Source of the DNA: Gammaproteobacteria bacterium
Lineage (GTDB): Bacteria; Pseudomonadota; Gammaproteobacteria; JAIEPX01
Assembly: GCA_019748175.1 (NCBI GenBank)
Contig: JAIEPX010000012.1
Span: 1,858-65,857, forward strand
DNA length: 64,000 nucleotides
Direction of reading: 5' to 3'
The translations under genes were made by a program, and so were the position numbers. Under the pieces are notes generated by a model that worked only from the letters and a program-made list of their open reading frames with translations, did no database searches and was not told the origin of the DNA. Positions 13,163 to 23,040 of this stretch are shown here, one piece after another; within the stretch, counting starts at the first letter, position 1, and each line of letters begins with the position of its first letter.

Positions 13163-14023
13163 ATGCCTGAACTTGCTGAAGTCGAGACAACACGTAGAGG
13201 TATCACCTCTCATGTTGTTGGCCAAACAATAGCTAAAATAATAGTCCGGCAGGAGCAATTGCGTTGGTCCGTGCCGCAACAATTAATTGAAATTTTACCT
13301 AACAAGCAGTTTACTAGCCTGATACGTCGTGGCAAATATTTGTTGTTTAACGCAGATATCGGTACCATGATCGTGCATTTAGGTATGTCGGGTTGCTTGA
13401 GAATTGTTGACAAAGATGAGCCCGTCCAAAAGCACGACCACGTAGATATTGTTTTTAACAATGGTCACTGTTTACGTTATACCGATCCAAGACGATTTGG
13501 TTCGATACTTTGGACCACTGCTGATCCTCTCCAACATAAATTACTCTCTCATCTTGGACCAGAGCCTTTGAGTAGTGCTTTCAATGATAAATATTTATTC
13601 CAGCAGGTTAAAAGACGTTATGTGCCAATTAAATCATTCATCATGAATAGTCAAGTTGTCGTTGGTGTTGGCAATATATATGCCACCGAGAGCTTATTTC
13701 GAGCGCGTATTCATCCGCTATTACCCGCAAATGATCTCTCCCTAGAGCAGTCACAAAAGTTGGTGAAGACAATTAAAGAAGTTTTGCGTGATGCTATAAA
13801 GCAAGGTGGCACCACATTACGTGATTTCTTAAAATCCGATGGCAAGCCGGGTTACTTTCGCCAGCATTTACAAATTTATGGCAGAGCAGGGAAGTCATGT
13901 TTAGTGTGCGATACGAAATTAATATTAATCAAAATAAACCAGCGCAGTACGGTATATTGTCCATTCTGTCAGAAAGAGAAAGATAGGGGCAAACCGAGCC
14001 TAAATCAAAAAGACGTAATTTGA
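13163..14023 (+). CDS. mutM: Formamidopyrimidine-DNA glycosylase
   Basis: MPELAEVE start, RRGKYL, HLGMSG, GVGNIYA, C-terminal CxxC..CxxCQ zinc finger. Confidence 0.97.
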   Translation: MPELAEVETTRRGITSHVVGQTIAKIIVRQEQLRWSVPQQLIEILPNKQFTSLIRRGKYLLFNADIGTMIVHLGMSGCLRIVDKDEPVQKHDHVDIVFNNGHCLRYTDPRRFGSILWTTADPLQHKLLSHLGPEPLSSAFNDKYLFQQVKRRYVPIKSFIMNSQVVVGVGNIYATESLFRARIHPLLPANDLSLEQSQKLVKTIKEVLRDAIKQGGTTLRDFLKSDGKPGYFRQHLQIYGRAGKSCLVCDTKLILIKINQRSTVYCPFCQKEKDRGKPSLNQKDVI

Positions 14024-14203
14024 CTTTATAGTCGAATTGGCCTAAGTTAGCCCATATAAAGTGTTGCGTTTGAGGGTTTATGGAAGACATAGTAGTCTTT
14101 CCCGTGACTCTCCGTAGAATATATTCGAATACTTGCGGCCTTATATTTATTAGCCGAAAGTAGCATTTTAGCCTGATAGCCCCATAACCTTTAGAGACAA
14201 AAA

Positions 14204-15193
14204 ATGCATCAAAAAACTAAAGTTCTAAATGCCGGCAATGAGAAAGATATATTAGAAGCCATTGCTATGATTCAAGGAGGGCAGTTAGTTGCTGTACCTA
14301 CTGAAACTGTCTATGGTCTCGCCGCTGACGCAAGAAATATTGACGCTGTTAAGAATATTTTTAGAGTAAAAAATCGCCCAACTGATCATCCACTAATTGT
14401 CCATATTGCTGCATTTGAACAGTTATCTCAGTGGGCAATAGATATTCCACCTGTTGCAGCTATTATAGCCAAACACTTTTGGCCAGGCCCAATTACTTTA
14501 CTACTTAAGAAGAAAGATTTAGTCAACGATGTGGTAACGGGTGGATTAACAACAATCGCTATACGCATCCCTCAAAATAAAACACTGTTAAAAATGCTAC
14601 GGCTATTAAACACAGGACTAGCAGCGCCTTCGGCAAATCCTTACAAAAGAATTAGCCCGACGGCCGCAGAACATGTTATGTCAGGTTTATCAGGAAAAAT
14701 AGCTGCAGTATTGGATGACGGACCATGCCGAATCGGCGTTGAATCAACAATTTTAGATTTAACGAAAAGCAGAATACGCATTCTAAGGCCTGGGCCGATA
14801 ACAAAAAAAATGATTGAAGACATTGTGGAGGTATCAATAGACTCACCGTCAATATATCCAGAAAATGTACCTGGAAATAGGCAATCTCATTATCAACCTT
14901 ACACAAAAACCTCTCTAATTACTCTAGATGAAATAGAAAGGCAACTCTCTCAAACCAACAATCAAGAAAAACTATTAGCTGTTATTCACTACTCAGACTG
15001 GAAATGTGCACACAATAACATTAAAACAATAAAATTATCAAAAAATAAAATCGAGTATAGCAGATTAATCTATCAGGCTTTACATGAGCTCGACAATATT
15101 CATGCCAACCAAATTCTCATTGAAATGCCACCAAACAATGATACATGGAGCGATATTTTAGATAGACTATCTAAAGCTTCAGCAATAACTTGA
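14204..15193 (+). CDS. sua5: Sua5-type L-threonylcarbamoyladenylate synthase (YrdC plus SUA5 domain)
   Basis: PTETVYGL, KNRPTDHPLIVH, APSAN, ESTILD, linker PGNRQSHYQP, C-terminal domain ending DRLSKAS. Confidence 0.92.
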   Translation: MHQKTKVLNAGNEKDILEAIAMIQGGQLVAVPTETVYGLAADARNIDAVKNIFRVKNRPTDHPLIVHIAAFEQLSQWAIDIPPVAAIIAKHFWPGPITLLLKKKDLVNDVVTGGLTTIAIRIPQNKTLLKMLRLLNTGLAAPSANPYKRISPTAAEHVMSGLSGKIAAVLDDGPCRIGVESTILDLTKSRIRILRPGPITKKMIEDIVEVSIDSPSIYPENVPGNRQSHYQPYTKTSLITLDEIERQLSQTNNQEKLLAVIHYSDWKCAHNNIKTIKLSKNKIEYSRLIYQALHELDNIHANQILIEMPPNNDTWSDILDRLSKASAIT

Positions 15194-15406
15194 GGAGCTG
15201 CAAATGACAAATTTACGAAGTTTATCAGCGATTCAGCCTCTTACTAGCAAGCGAAACTGTCCTGTTGACACAATAATCTTATTACTAAGACAAAATCGGA
15301 AAAACTCATGCAACAATATACTCACCGAAATAATAAAACCTTGCACACCATTGTCGCTATGCCTGAATAGCCTGGTTACGCTTTTTGGAAAATTTAGGTA
15401 TATGAG

Positions 15407-17410
15407 ATGCTAAGGAAATTTAAGGAACGCGGTAAAAGCAAACTATCAGAATTACCAAATTTGCCAACAGATGTATTGGAATTGATTCAGCATATGCTGC
15501 CCATTTCTGATCAAGCTAGTTTTGCGCGTGTTTGTAAAGCTTGGTCGAAAGCCGGATCGCGCGGACGGCGACCCGATCGCTGGGAAATCAATTTTCTACG
15601 CCATTTTGAGCAACAATATCATATCCTGCGATCGACAAAAAAAGATATTCGTGACTGGCAATTTCAATTTAAGAAACAAGAAGATGAAGAGTATTCTCAT
15701 CTTAGTAAATCCAACCGCAAATTACTCCGCAAGATCAAAGACTGTAATTTAAAAAATTTAGACATGCTTGCCCAACAAATAGAACGCAACACTTTGATTG
15801 CATGTGACAGTAACGGTTTTAGTATTGCTTATTGGGCACAGCGGCATAGGTATTATTCTTGGTTAAATACAATTTATCAAACTAAGATTCTGCCAAGATA
15901 CACAGTAAATGGTAGCCTTAACCCGAATAGTGTTGATAGTAATCGGCGGACTCTATTACAGTGGGCAGTTGAGCTTCGGCAAGATAATGACCATATCGCC
16001 GAGCTACTTGCTTTAACTAATAGTGCAGCAGTCAATTCTCATGATTGCTTAGGTGCAACAGCGCTGTTTATCGCCTGCCAAAATGGCTATATTGAAGCGG
16101 CAGAATTATTACTTAATGCTACTGCCGATGTGAATTTAGAGTGTACTACAGGGGCAAATGGGCTCTTTATTAGCTGTCAGCTTGGCCACACTGCCATTGT
16201 GAAATTATTACTTGATCGCGGTGCCAAGATGAATTCGCGGTACTTCAACGGCCACACTGACTTATCTATCGCCTGTCAGCACGGACATACTGCCGCTGTA
16301 AAATTATTATTAGATCGCGGTGCCGATGTGAATTTGCAGTGTCAAACTGGGGTAACCGCCCTTGCTATCGCCTCTCGGCACGGACACACTACAGTCATAA
16401 AAATATTGCTAGACCATGATCCCGATATGAATATACAAGACAGTACCGGGGCAACCGCGCTCTCTATCGCCATGCAAAATCGCCATATTGAAGCGGTGAA
16501 ATTATTACTCGATCACAAAGCTAATGCGAATTTGCCAAATAATATGGGAAAAACTGCGTTATTTATCGCCTGTCAAAATGGCGATGCTGAAGCTGTGGAA
16601 TTATTGCTAAATGCTAATGCTGATGTTAATTCGCGCTCCAACACTGGCGCAACGGCACTATCGATCGCGTGTGAGAATGGTCATACTGCAGTTGTGAAAT
16701 TATTACTGGCAGCTGGCGCCAAGAAGAGTTCAAAATGCTGCGACGGTAAAACTGCGTTGTTTTTAGCCTGTCAGAACGGCCACACTGAAATCGCGAAATT
16801 ATTGCTAGTAGCTCGTGCTAGAATAAATTCTCGATCCAACTCTGGTGCAACCGCACTTTATGTAGCCTGTTTTAATGGTCATACTGCAGCCGTGGAATTA
16901 CTAATTAACCATGGGGCCCTGATGGATTTGCGGCACAACACTGGTGAAACGGCACTCAATATAGCTTATTATAGAGGCCATATTGGTGCTGTATGCTTAT
17001 TATTAAATGCTGGCGCTGTTGTGAGTTTATCTATCGACGAGTGCGCAACTCTACTTCAAATAGCTAGTAATAATAATTATGATAGCATCGTCAAAATTTT
17101 GATCACCGAAGCACTGAATAAATACATCGATGAAAACAATAAACTAATTGAAAATACTAATAAATCTGCATCAGCGCATAAAAATCACGATCACCTGAAG
17201 TTTTTCAAAACGTCTCGCGGGAAAATCATTCAGCAAGTAACGATAGCTGTTGCAGCAGCGACATTGCTGAAGGTACTAAATGGCGAGGAGTCTCCAGAAA
17301 TTCTCTCTTACCATTCTCTTGCATTTAAGATTGATAATGAGCTGCATAAGCTTTACCAATACTCTATTAAACACCATTTACTACGAAAAAATTCATTGTC
17401 AGCTGCTTGA
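15407..17410 (+). CDS. F-box plus ankyrin-repeat protein (effector-like)
   Basis: LPNLPTDVLELIQHML..ARVCKAW F-box; about 10 canonical 33-aa GxTALxxA..GH..VKLLL repeats plus degenerate ones. Confidence 0.92.
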   Translation: MLRKFKERGKSKLSELPNLPTDVLELIQHMLPISDQASFARVCKAWSKAGSRGRRPDRWEINFLRHFEQQYHILRSTKKDIRDWQFQFKKQEDEEYSHLSKSNRKLLRKIKDCNLKNLDMLAQQIERNTLIACDSNGFSIAYWAQRHRYYSWLNTIYQTKILPRYTVNGSLNPNSVDSNRRTLLQWAVELRQDNDHIAELLALTNSAAVNSHDCLGATALFIACQNGYIEAAELLLNATADVNLECTTGANGLFISCQLGHTAIVKLLLDRGAKMNSRYFNGHTDLSIACQHGHTAAVKLLLDRGADVNLQCQTGVTALAIASRHGHTTVIKILLDHDPDMNIQDSTGATALSIAMQNRHIEAVKLLLDHKANANLPNNMGKTALFIACQNGDAEAVELLLNANADVNSRSNTGATALSIACENGHTAVVKLLLAAGAKKSSKCCDGKTALFLACQNGHTEIAKLLLVARARINSRSNSGATALYVACFNGHTAAVELLINHGALMDLRHNTGETALNIAYYRGHIGAVCLLLNAGAVVSLSIDECATLLQIASNNNYDSIVKILITEALNKYIDENNKLIENTNKSASAHKNHDHLKFFKTSRGKIIQQVTIAVAAATLLKVLNGEESPEILSYHSLAFKIDNELHKLYQYSIKHHLLRKNSLSAA

Positions 17411-17494
17411 TAATGTGGTGGTATTTCATGATATTAAACTTAAAAAACAGAGTCACAAATTCTGGTATTGAGAGAGCCAAGGGTGGGGAGGGGT

Positions 17495-17524
17495 GACTAA
17501 AGTTTCAATGTTAGACCTGACCCC
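17495..17524. repeat. Family 1 palindrome, right arm only
   Basis: GACTAAAGTTTCAATGTTAGACCTGACCCC. Confidence 0.85.
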
Positions 17525-17534
17525 GTTCTCTGTC

Positions 17535-17939
17535 TTAATGCTGAATAGTTTCAAAAGCGCGTTTGTTATCATCACAAGAAACAACAATTGCAGGCTTTCC
17601 ATTATAATAAGTTGTATACAACCAATTAATGTTAACCTTGGCCTTCGAGAGTTCGGTAGTGATTTGTGTGATTGAACCTGGTTCGTCTTTTGTATAGATA
17701 ACCAATACATCTTCTTCACGGAAATTACTGAAGGGTGAAGATTTTAAAACTTCACGGGCTTTAGAGTAATTGTCGGTAATAAAGGCAAAATGACCTTTTC
17801 CAGAGTAATTATTACCCCACATTGCTTTAATGTTGCAATGACCTGTTTCAGATAACAGTGATGTTAGCTGGTTTGTAATACCTGGCTGTGCATTGGTTTC
17901 AAGATAAAATTCTTTTTCCAAACTGACTTGCTGCCCCAT
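17535..17939 (-). CDS. Tandem ACT-domain protein
   Basis: Two ACT-like units (AQPGITNQL..CNI; DEPGSITQI..VNI); GGAG RBS before ATG 17939. Confidence 0.8.
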   Translation of the reverse strand: MGQQVSLEKEFYLETNAQPGITNQLTSLLSETGHCNIKAMWGNNYSGKGHFAFITDNYSKAREVLKSSPFSNFREEDVLVIYTKDEPGSITQITTELSKAKVNINWLYTTYYNGKPAIVVSCDDNKRAFETIQH

Positions 17940-18081
17940 GATATCGCTCCATTCTTTGTTAATAATGATACCGCCTGTAATCTGACAGGGGTCTATTAAG
18001 CATAGTAGAGGAGTGGGGCTTTGCCACTCTTTATTCTCGGGAGCAAGCCCCAATATTCATTGAAAACAAGTAAATCCGAGT

Positions 18082-19296
18082 TTAGCTAAAAACTTCTTCT
18101 GGAATTGAAGGAATTTGAACTACAGGGTCCACTTCTTGAGCATAGTTTACATCTGCAAGATCAAATCCAAACAGTTTTTGAAATTCGTGACGGTAGCCTT
18201 GAATATCAGTGAGTGCTTCTAAATTCTGCGTATTGACTGCAGCCCACAGTTTTGATACTTCGGTTTGAATATCGTCTTGCATTTCCCAATCGTCCAACCG
18301 AATAAAACCTTGATCATCAATTTGCACACCTGCAGGACTGTACATTTTCTCCGTGAATAAACGAGAGATTTGTTCAATACAGCCTTCGTGAAGATTTTTA
18401 TTTTTCATAATTTTATATAATATTGAAATATAGAGCGGAACAACAGGAATTGCGCTGCTGGCTTGGGTCACTAACGCTTTATTGACAGAAATAAGTGCCT
18501 TACCGTTAATGGATTGAAGAAGAGCATCAATTTGATTCACTGTTTTGTATAGATGTTTTTTAGCGGCTCCAATGGTTCCATCACGATAAATAGGAAATGT
18601 TAATTCAGGTCCGATATAAGAATAAGCGAGCGTTTTAACACCGTGAGCCAATAATCCGTTTTCTGAAAGGCATTGCATCCAATCAAACCAATCTTCTCCG
18701 CCCATCACTTTTTCAGTTTGTTCAATGTCTTCAGTCGAAGCGGGATCGAGAGTGATATCAAAAACTTCGCCTGTCATCACATTAACAGTGTGGTTGGTGT
18801 ACGCTTGACCAATCGGTTTCAACGTCGAATTATACACCGTTCCGGTTTTGCTCTCAGTGCGTCTTGGTGAAGCTAAACTATAGATAACTAAATCGACACC
18901 ACCTTGCCAATCGTTTTTGATCATATCAATCGTTTGCTGTTTGATTTCTTGGGAGAAAGCATCGCCGTTAATGCTTTTGGCATAGAGATTAGCTTTCTGT
19001 GCAGCTTCTTCAAAAGCAGCAGTATTGTACCATCCTGCGGAAGCCGTTCGTTTGGCAGACGCCGCTTTTTCGTAAAAAACACCAATGGTTGCTGCGTGTG
19101 CGCCAAACGCTGCTGCGATCCGACTCGCCAATCCATAACCCGTCGATGCGCCAATCACTAAGACTTTTTTAGGACCACTCACATCCACGTGTTGCTTAAC
19201 AAAGTCAATTTGCTGGCGTACATTTTCAGCACAGCCTGTTGGATGAGCGGTAGTACAAATAAAGCCTCGAATTTTGGGTTCAATCAACATTGCCAT
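18082..19296 (-). CDS. fabV: Enoyl-ACP / trans-2-enoyl-CoA reductase FabV
   Basis: IRGFICTTAHPTGC, GASTGYGLASRI, YSLASPRR, TQASSAIP. Confidence 0.96.
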   Translation of the reverse strand: MAMLIEPKIRGFICTTAHPTGCAENVRQQIDFVKQHVDVSGPKKVLVIGASTGYGLASRIAAAFGAHAATIGVFYEKAASAKRTASAGWYNTAAFEEAAQKANLYAKSINGDAFSQEIKQQTIDMIKNDWQGGVDLVIYSLASPRRTESKTGTVYNSTLKPIGQAYTNHTVNVMTGEVFDITLDPASTEDIEQTEKVMGGEDWFDWMQCLSENGLLAHGVKTLAYSYIGPELTFPIYRDGTIGAAKKHLYKTVNQIDALLQSINGKALISVNKALVTQASSAIPVVPLYISILYKIMKNKNLHEGCIEQISRLFTEKMYSPAGVQIDDQGFIRLDDWEMQDDIQTEVSKLWAAVNTQNLEALTDIQGYRHEFQKLFGFDLADVNYAQEVDPVVQIPSIPEEVFS

Positions 19297-19370
19297 GATT
19301 TTTCTCCATGAAATTTTTGTGATCGCTCAGAAGTTTACGCTTAATCAGTAAGAACTGACAAGTCCATCAA

Positions 19371-20012
19371 TTAACTGCTAGTGGAGTTATTGGTGACCAA
19401 TAGCTCACGTAATTTTGCCTTGATCATATCAATGGCAATTCGATTTTGACCACCACGCGGAACTATGATGTCTGCGTAGCGCTTACTGGGCTCAATAAAT
19501 TGAAAATACATCGGACGAACGGTATCAATATATTGTTGTAAAACAGAATCAAACGAACGCTCGCGTTCAACGATATCGCGTTTGAGGCGACGAAGAAGGC
19601 AGATATCGAGTGGAGTATCCATAAAAATGCGAACATCCATGATGTCACGAAGTTTGGGCTCAAAAAATAGCAAAATGCCTTCAAGAACGATAATCGTATG
19701 CTGTCCTATTTCTCGAACGTTTGAAGATCGGACGTGCTGGGTAAAATCGTATTGAGGAACCTGAACAGTTTCACCATTTTGGAGGGCTATTAAGTGTTGG
19801 GAGAATAATTCATGATCAAAGGAGTCGGGATGGTCGTAGTTGATTTTAGTGCGCTCTTCAAATGAAATGTCTTTGCGATCTCTATAGTAAGAATCTTCAG
19901 TAATAACAACAACTTGGTCAGACCCAAGCTCTCGAACTATAGTATTAGCCAATAAACTTTTACCGCTAGCTGACGGCCCGGCGATACCTATAATCATCGT
20001 ATTATTACGCAT
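19371..20012 (-). CDS. udk: Uridine kinase
   Basis: GPSASGKS P-loop, NYDHPD, RRLKRD, FIEPSKRYADIIVP. Confidence 0.96.
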   Translation of the reverse strand: MRNNTMIIGIAGPSASGKSLLANTIVRELGSDQVVVITEDSYYRDRKDISFEERTKINYDHPDSFDHELFSQHLIALQNGETVQVPQYDFTQHVRSSNVREIGQHTIIVLEGILLFFEPKLRDIMDVRIFMDTPLDICLLRRLKRDIVERERSFDSVLQQYIDTVRPMYFQFIEPSKRYADIIVPRGGQNRIAIDMIKAKLRELLVTNNSTSS

Positions 20013-20114
20013 TCACCCCTCCCAATACAAACTGGCACAATAATACACAAAATTAATGGGATTGTCATCAATTGTTCGGTAAAAGCGAGAAAGAGATCAA
20101 AAAAGTTAGGCTAA

Positions 20115-20672
20115 TCAATGTGCTAATAAAACATAAACGGCCCCAGCACCGCCATCTCGACCAGGAGCGCTAGTAAAAGCCAGTACAATAGGAATTTGCC
20201 GTAGCCACGCATTGACTAAATTTTTCAGAATGGGAGTATCGCCATGGTGTTTTCCTTTTCCATGGACGATTCGGACGCACCGCCAGTGTTGATTTTGGGC
20301 TTTAGTTAAGAAACGGATTAGTTCGTCACGTGCTTGATCAATTGTCGCACCGTGGAGATCTAAATGGCTTTGAATCGCAAATTCTCCAGCTTTTAAGCGC
20401 TTTAAATCTTTGTGTGAAATTCCACTACCTCGATATTCAATAGACTCTTCACCTGTCACCGATTGAGGGCTGTGATCAGATAATGGCAAGCTACTCAAAT
20501 CGATGTTATTTGGTTGCCTAACCTTCTGTTTCCTATCAACTTTTATATCAACAGGCGTCGGCGCCTCTCTTTTCTCCAACAGCGGACGTTCTTCACCGAG
20601 CGGAATCGTCCCTTTGACGCTTTCGCGAAATAAAGCCCGCTCTTCGGGTGTAATGTCATCTTTGTTTGGCAT
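20115..20672 (-). CDS. Smr/MutS2-domain endonuclease
   Basis: LDLHG, IVHGKG, GGAGAVYVLL; divergent from prmB. Confidence 0.92.
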   Translation of the reverse strand: MPNKDDITPEERALFRESVKGTIPLGEERPLLEKREAPTPVDIKVDRKQKVRQPNNIDLSSLPLSDHSPQSVTGEESIEYRGSGISHKDLKRLKAGEFAIQSHLDLHGATIDQARDELIRFLTKAQNQHWRCVRIVHGKGKHHGDTPILKNLVNAWLRQIPIVLAFTSAPGRDGGAGAVYVLLAH

Positions 20673-20804
20673 AATGGAAGTATAGAACGTTATGGTCACG
20701 GCGTCGCGTCTTGAGTTGTTAGTGGTTCTCGCACTTCTCAGCTTTAGTTTAGTAAAATACTCTGTTAGACTATATATTAATTAATAGAAAGTGGGCAGAA
20801 AGCT

Positions 20805-21713
20805 ATGAGTGATGTTTCAGTCGTCAACGACCTCAAGACAATAAGAGACTATTTACGTTGGGCTACCAGTCGATTTAACAAAGCTGAATTAGTATTCGGA
20901 CATGGTACAGATAACGCCTGGGACGATGCTTTTCAATTACTGAGTTACGCATTATCAATACCCATTGAGTCCTACGATATTTTAGATGCCCGACTCACAG
21001 TAGAAGAACGCCAGCAAATTGTTCTACTTATTGACGAACGTGTAGAGACACGAAAACCTGTTCCGTATATCACTCATCGTGCTTGGTTCTCAGGTTTAGA
21101 TTTTTATGTGGACGAACGAGTTCTGATACCACGATCACCGATTGCTGAATTAATTCAACAAGAGTTTAAACCCTGGGTTTCTAATAGCCCTGATCGAATT
21201 CTTGATTTATGTACAGGCAGTGGATGCATTGCAACAGCATGTGCCCTTGCATTTCCGAATGCATTAGTGGACGCCGTTGATTATGAAAAAAATGCTTTAG
21301 ACGTTGCGAAAATTAATGTCGCACAATATGGATTACAAGATCACGTTAATTTAATTCACAGTGATTTATTCAATGAATTAAGTAATAAACAATATGATCT
21401 TATTGTCACTAATCCACCTTATGTGAGCAATGAAGAAATTTCTGCATTACCCAAAGAATTTCAACATGAACCCAAAATAGGATTGTACGGATATGGGGCT
21501 GATGGATTAGATATTGTGCAAAAAATCTTAAAAGAAGCCGCGAAATATCTTACACCTGAAGGGGTTTTAGTCTGTGAGGTGGGCTTTAGTGAAACTAAAT
21601 TAATTGAACGATATCCAATGGCTCCTTTTACATGGGTTGAATTTCAACAGGGCGGGCAGGGCGTTTTTGTTTTAACTGCCGATCAATTAAATGCATGTCG
21701 TGAAATGTGGTAA
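20805..21713 (+). CDS. prmB: Ribosomal protein L3 glutamine methyltransferase
   Basis: FGHGTDNAWD, VLIPRSPIAE, DLCTGSGCI, NPPY. Confidence 0.96.
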   Translation: MSDVSVVNDLKTIRDYLRWATSRFNKAELVFGHGTDNAWDDAFQLLSYALSIPIESYDILDARLTVEERQQIVLLIDERVETRKPVPYITHRAWFSGLDFYVDERVLIPRSPIAELIQQEFKPWVSNSPDRILDLCTGSGCIATACALAFPNALVDAVDYEKNALDVAKINVAQYGLQDHVNLIHSDLFNELSNKQYDLIVTNPPYVSNEEISALPKEFQHEPKIGLYGYGADGLDIVQKILKEAAKYLTPEGVLVCEVGFSETKLIERYPMAPFTWVEFQQGGQGVFVLTADQLNACREMW

Positions 21714-21743
21714 GCTGTAGATTATTATTAGAGGATTAATGTT

Positions 21744-22757
21744 ATGAGTCGTGAATTTAACGTTGCAGTTCTTGGCGCAACAGGTGCTGTCGGAGAAACT
21801 ATTATTGAAATTCTTGCTGAAAGGCAATTCCCAGTAAAAAAATTATTTCCCTTGGGTAGCGAACGCTCAGCAGGAAAATCAGTGAGTTTTATGGGTAAAA
21901 ATATTCGAGTTACCGATGCGGCTAAATTCGATTGGGCTGATGCAGAGATTGCATTATTTTCTGCAGGCGGAAGTGTTTCTGCACATTACGCACCGATAGC
22001 GGCCGATGCAGGAACTGTGGTCATCGATAATACTTCACATTTTCGACAAGACGTCGATGTTCCACTCGTGATACCTGAAGTTAATCCTGAAGCACTCAAA
22101 GACTTTCGTCAACGCAATATTATTGCAAATCCAAATTGCTCAACGATTCAAATGCTTGTTGCATTAAAACCGATTTACGACGCTGTCGGAATTCGTCGCA
22201 TTAATGTGGCGACCTATCAATCTGTTTCGGGTGCTGGAAAATCAGCTCTAGCAGAATTAGCGGGTCAAGTTGCGAACGTTATGAATGGACAAGATGTAGG
22301 ATGCAAAAAATTTCCAAAACAAATTGCTTTTAATGTACTTCCCCACATTGATGCCTTTCAAGACAATGGCTATACACGTGAAGAAATGAAAATGTTTTGG
22401 GAAACTCAGAAAATTTTCGGAGATCTCGATATTTTAGTGAATGCAACTGCCGTAAGGGTTCCTGTTTTTTATGGTCATTCTGAAGCCATCAACATTGAAA
22501 CGATCAAAAAAATCTCTGCAGAAGAAGCCAAAGATCTCTTGAGAGTGGCGCCCGGAGTAATATTGATGGAACCTGATTCAAACTATCCAACGCCAGTCAC
22601 TGAGGCTGCTAAACATGACGGCGTTTTCGTAGGGCGAGTACGAGAAGACATCAGCCATCCAAATGCCCTAAATCTTTGGGTAGTTTCCGATAATATCCGC
22701 AAAGGCGCCGCCTTAAATGCTGTGCAAATTGCCGAATTGCTGCTAAATGAAATCTAA
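21744..22757 (+). CDS. asd: Aspartate-semialdehyde dehydrogenase
   Basis: GATGAVG, ANPNCSTIQ, GHSE, DNIRKGAALNAVQIAE. Confidence 0.97.
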   Translation: MSREFNVAVLGATGAVGETIIEILAERQFPVKKLFPLGSERSAGKSVSFMGKNIRVTDAAKFDWADAEIALFSAGGSVSAHYAPIAADAGTVVIDNTSHFRQDVDVPLVIPEVNPEALKDFRQRNIIANPNCSTIQMLVALKPIYDAVGIRRINVATYQSVSGAGKSALAELAGQVANVMNGQDVGCKKFPKQIAFNVLPHIDAFQDNGYTREEMKMFWETQKIFGDLDILVNATAVRVPVFYGHSEAINIETIKKISAEEAKDLLRVAPGVILMEPDSNYPTPVTEAAKHDGVFVGRVREDISHPNALNLWVVSDNIRKGAALNAVQIAELLLNEI

Positions 22758-22811
22758 TATCCAAATTTACAATCATAGTGTTAGAAGAACTTTCTTTCGC
22801 GATGAGGGGTT

Positions 22812-22843
22812 TTAGGGGAGAGAATCGTGATTCTCTTCCCTAA
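22812..22843. terminator. Hairpin after asd
   Basis: TTAGGGGAGAGAATC-GT-GATTCTCTTCCCTAA. Confidence 0.55.
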
Positions 22844-22856
22844 GTATATTAAAGGA

Positions 22857-22940
22857 AGCATCTCCCGGTTTTTAATATCAACACCCCTGAATATGGCATT
22901 GAGTGACCAAAAAATCCAAAACCCTTAACCGGGAGATGCT
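22857..22940. repeat. 84-bp element with 14-bp terminal inverted repeats, family 2, copy A
   Basis: AGCATCTCCCGGTT...AACCGGGAGATGCT; related copies at 29008-29041 and 55581-55659. Confidence 0.85.
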
Positions 22941-23040
22941 GAGGGTATTGACCTAAACGATTCAAATTGTTAGCATTTCAAGCTTAGGAAAGTTTACATC
23001 GCTCGGACGCGTGTTTTTTACTAAAACAGAGTCCAATACT

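Noticed and set aside
13985-14055. c-di-GMP-I (GEMM) riboswitch-like words GGCAAAC..GACG..GGCCTAA..TAGCC
   Set aside because: The required P2 stem and GAAA tetraloop cannot form; better explained as a degenerate palindrome
16050-17030. 99-bp DNA periodicity
   Set aside because: Fully explained by ankyrin repeats
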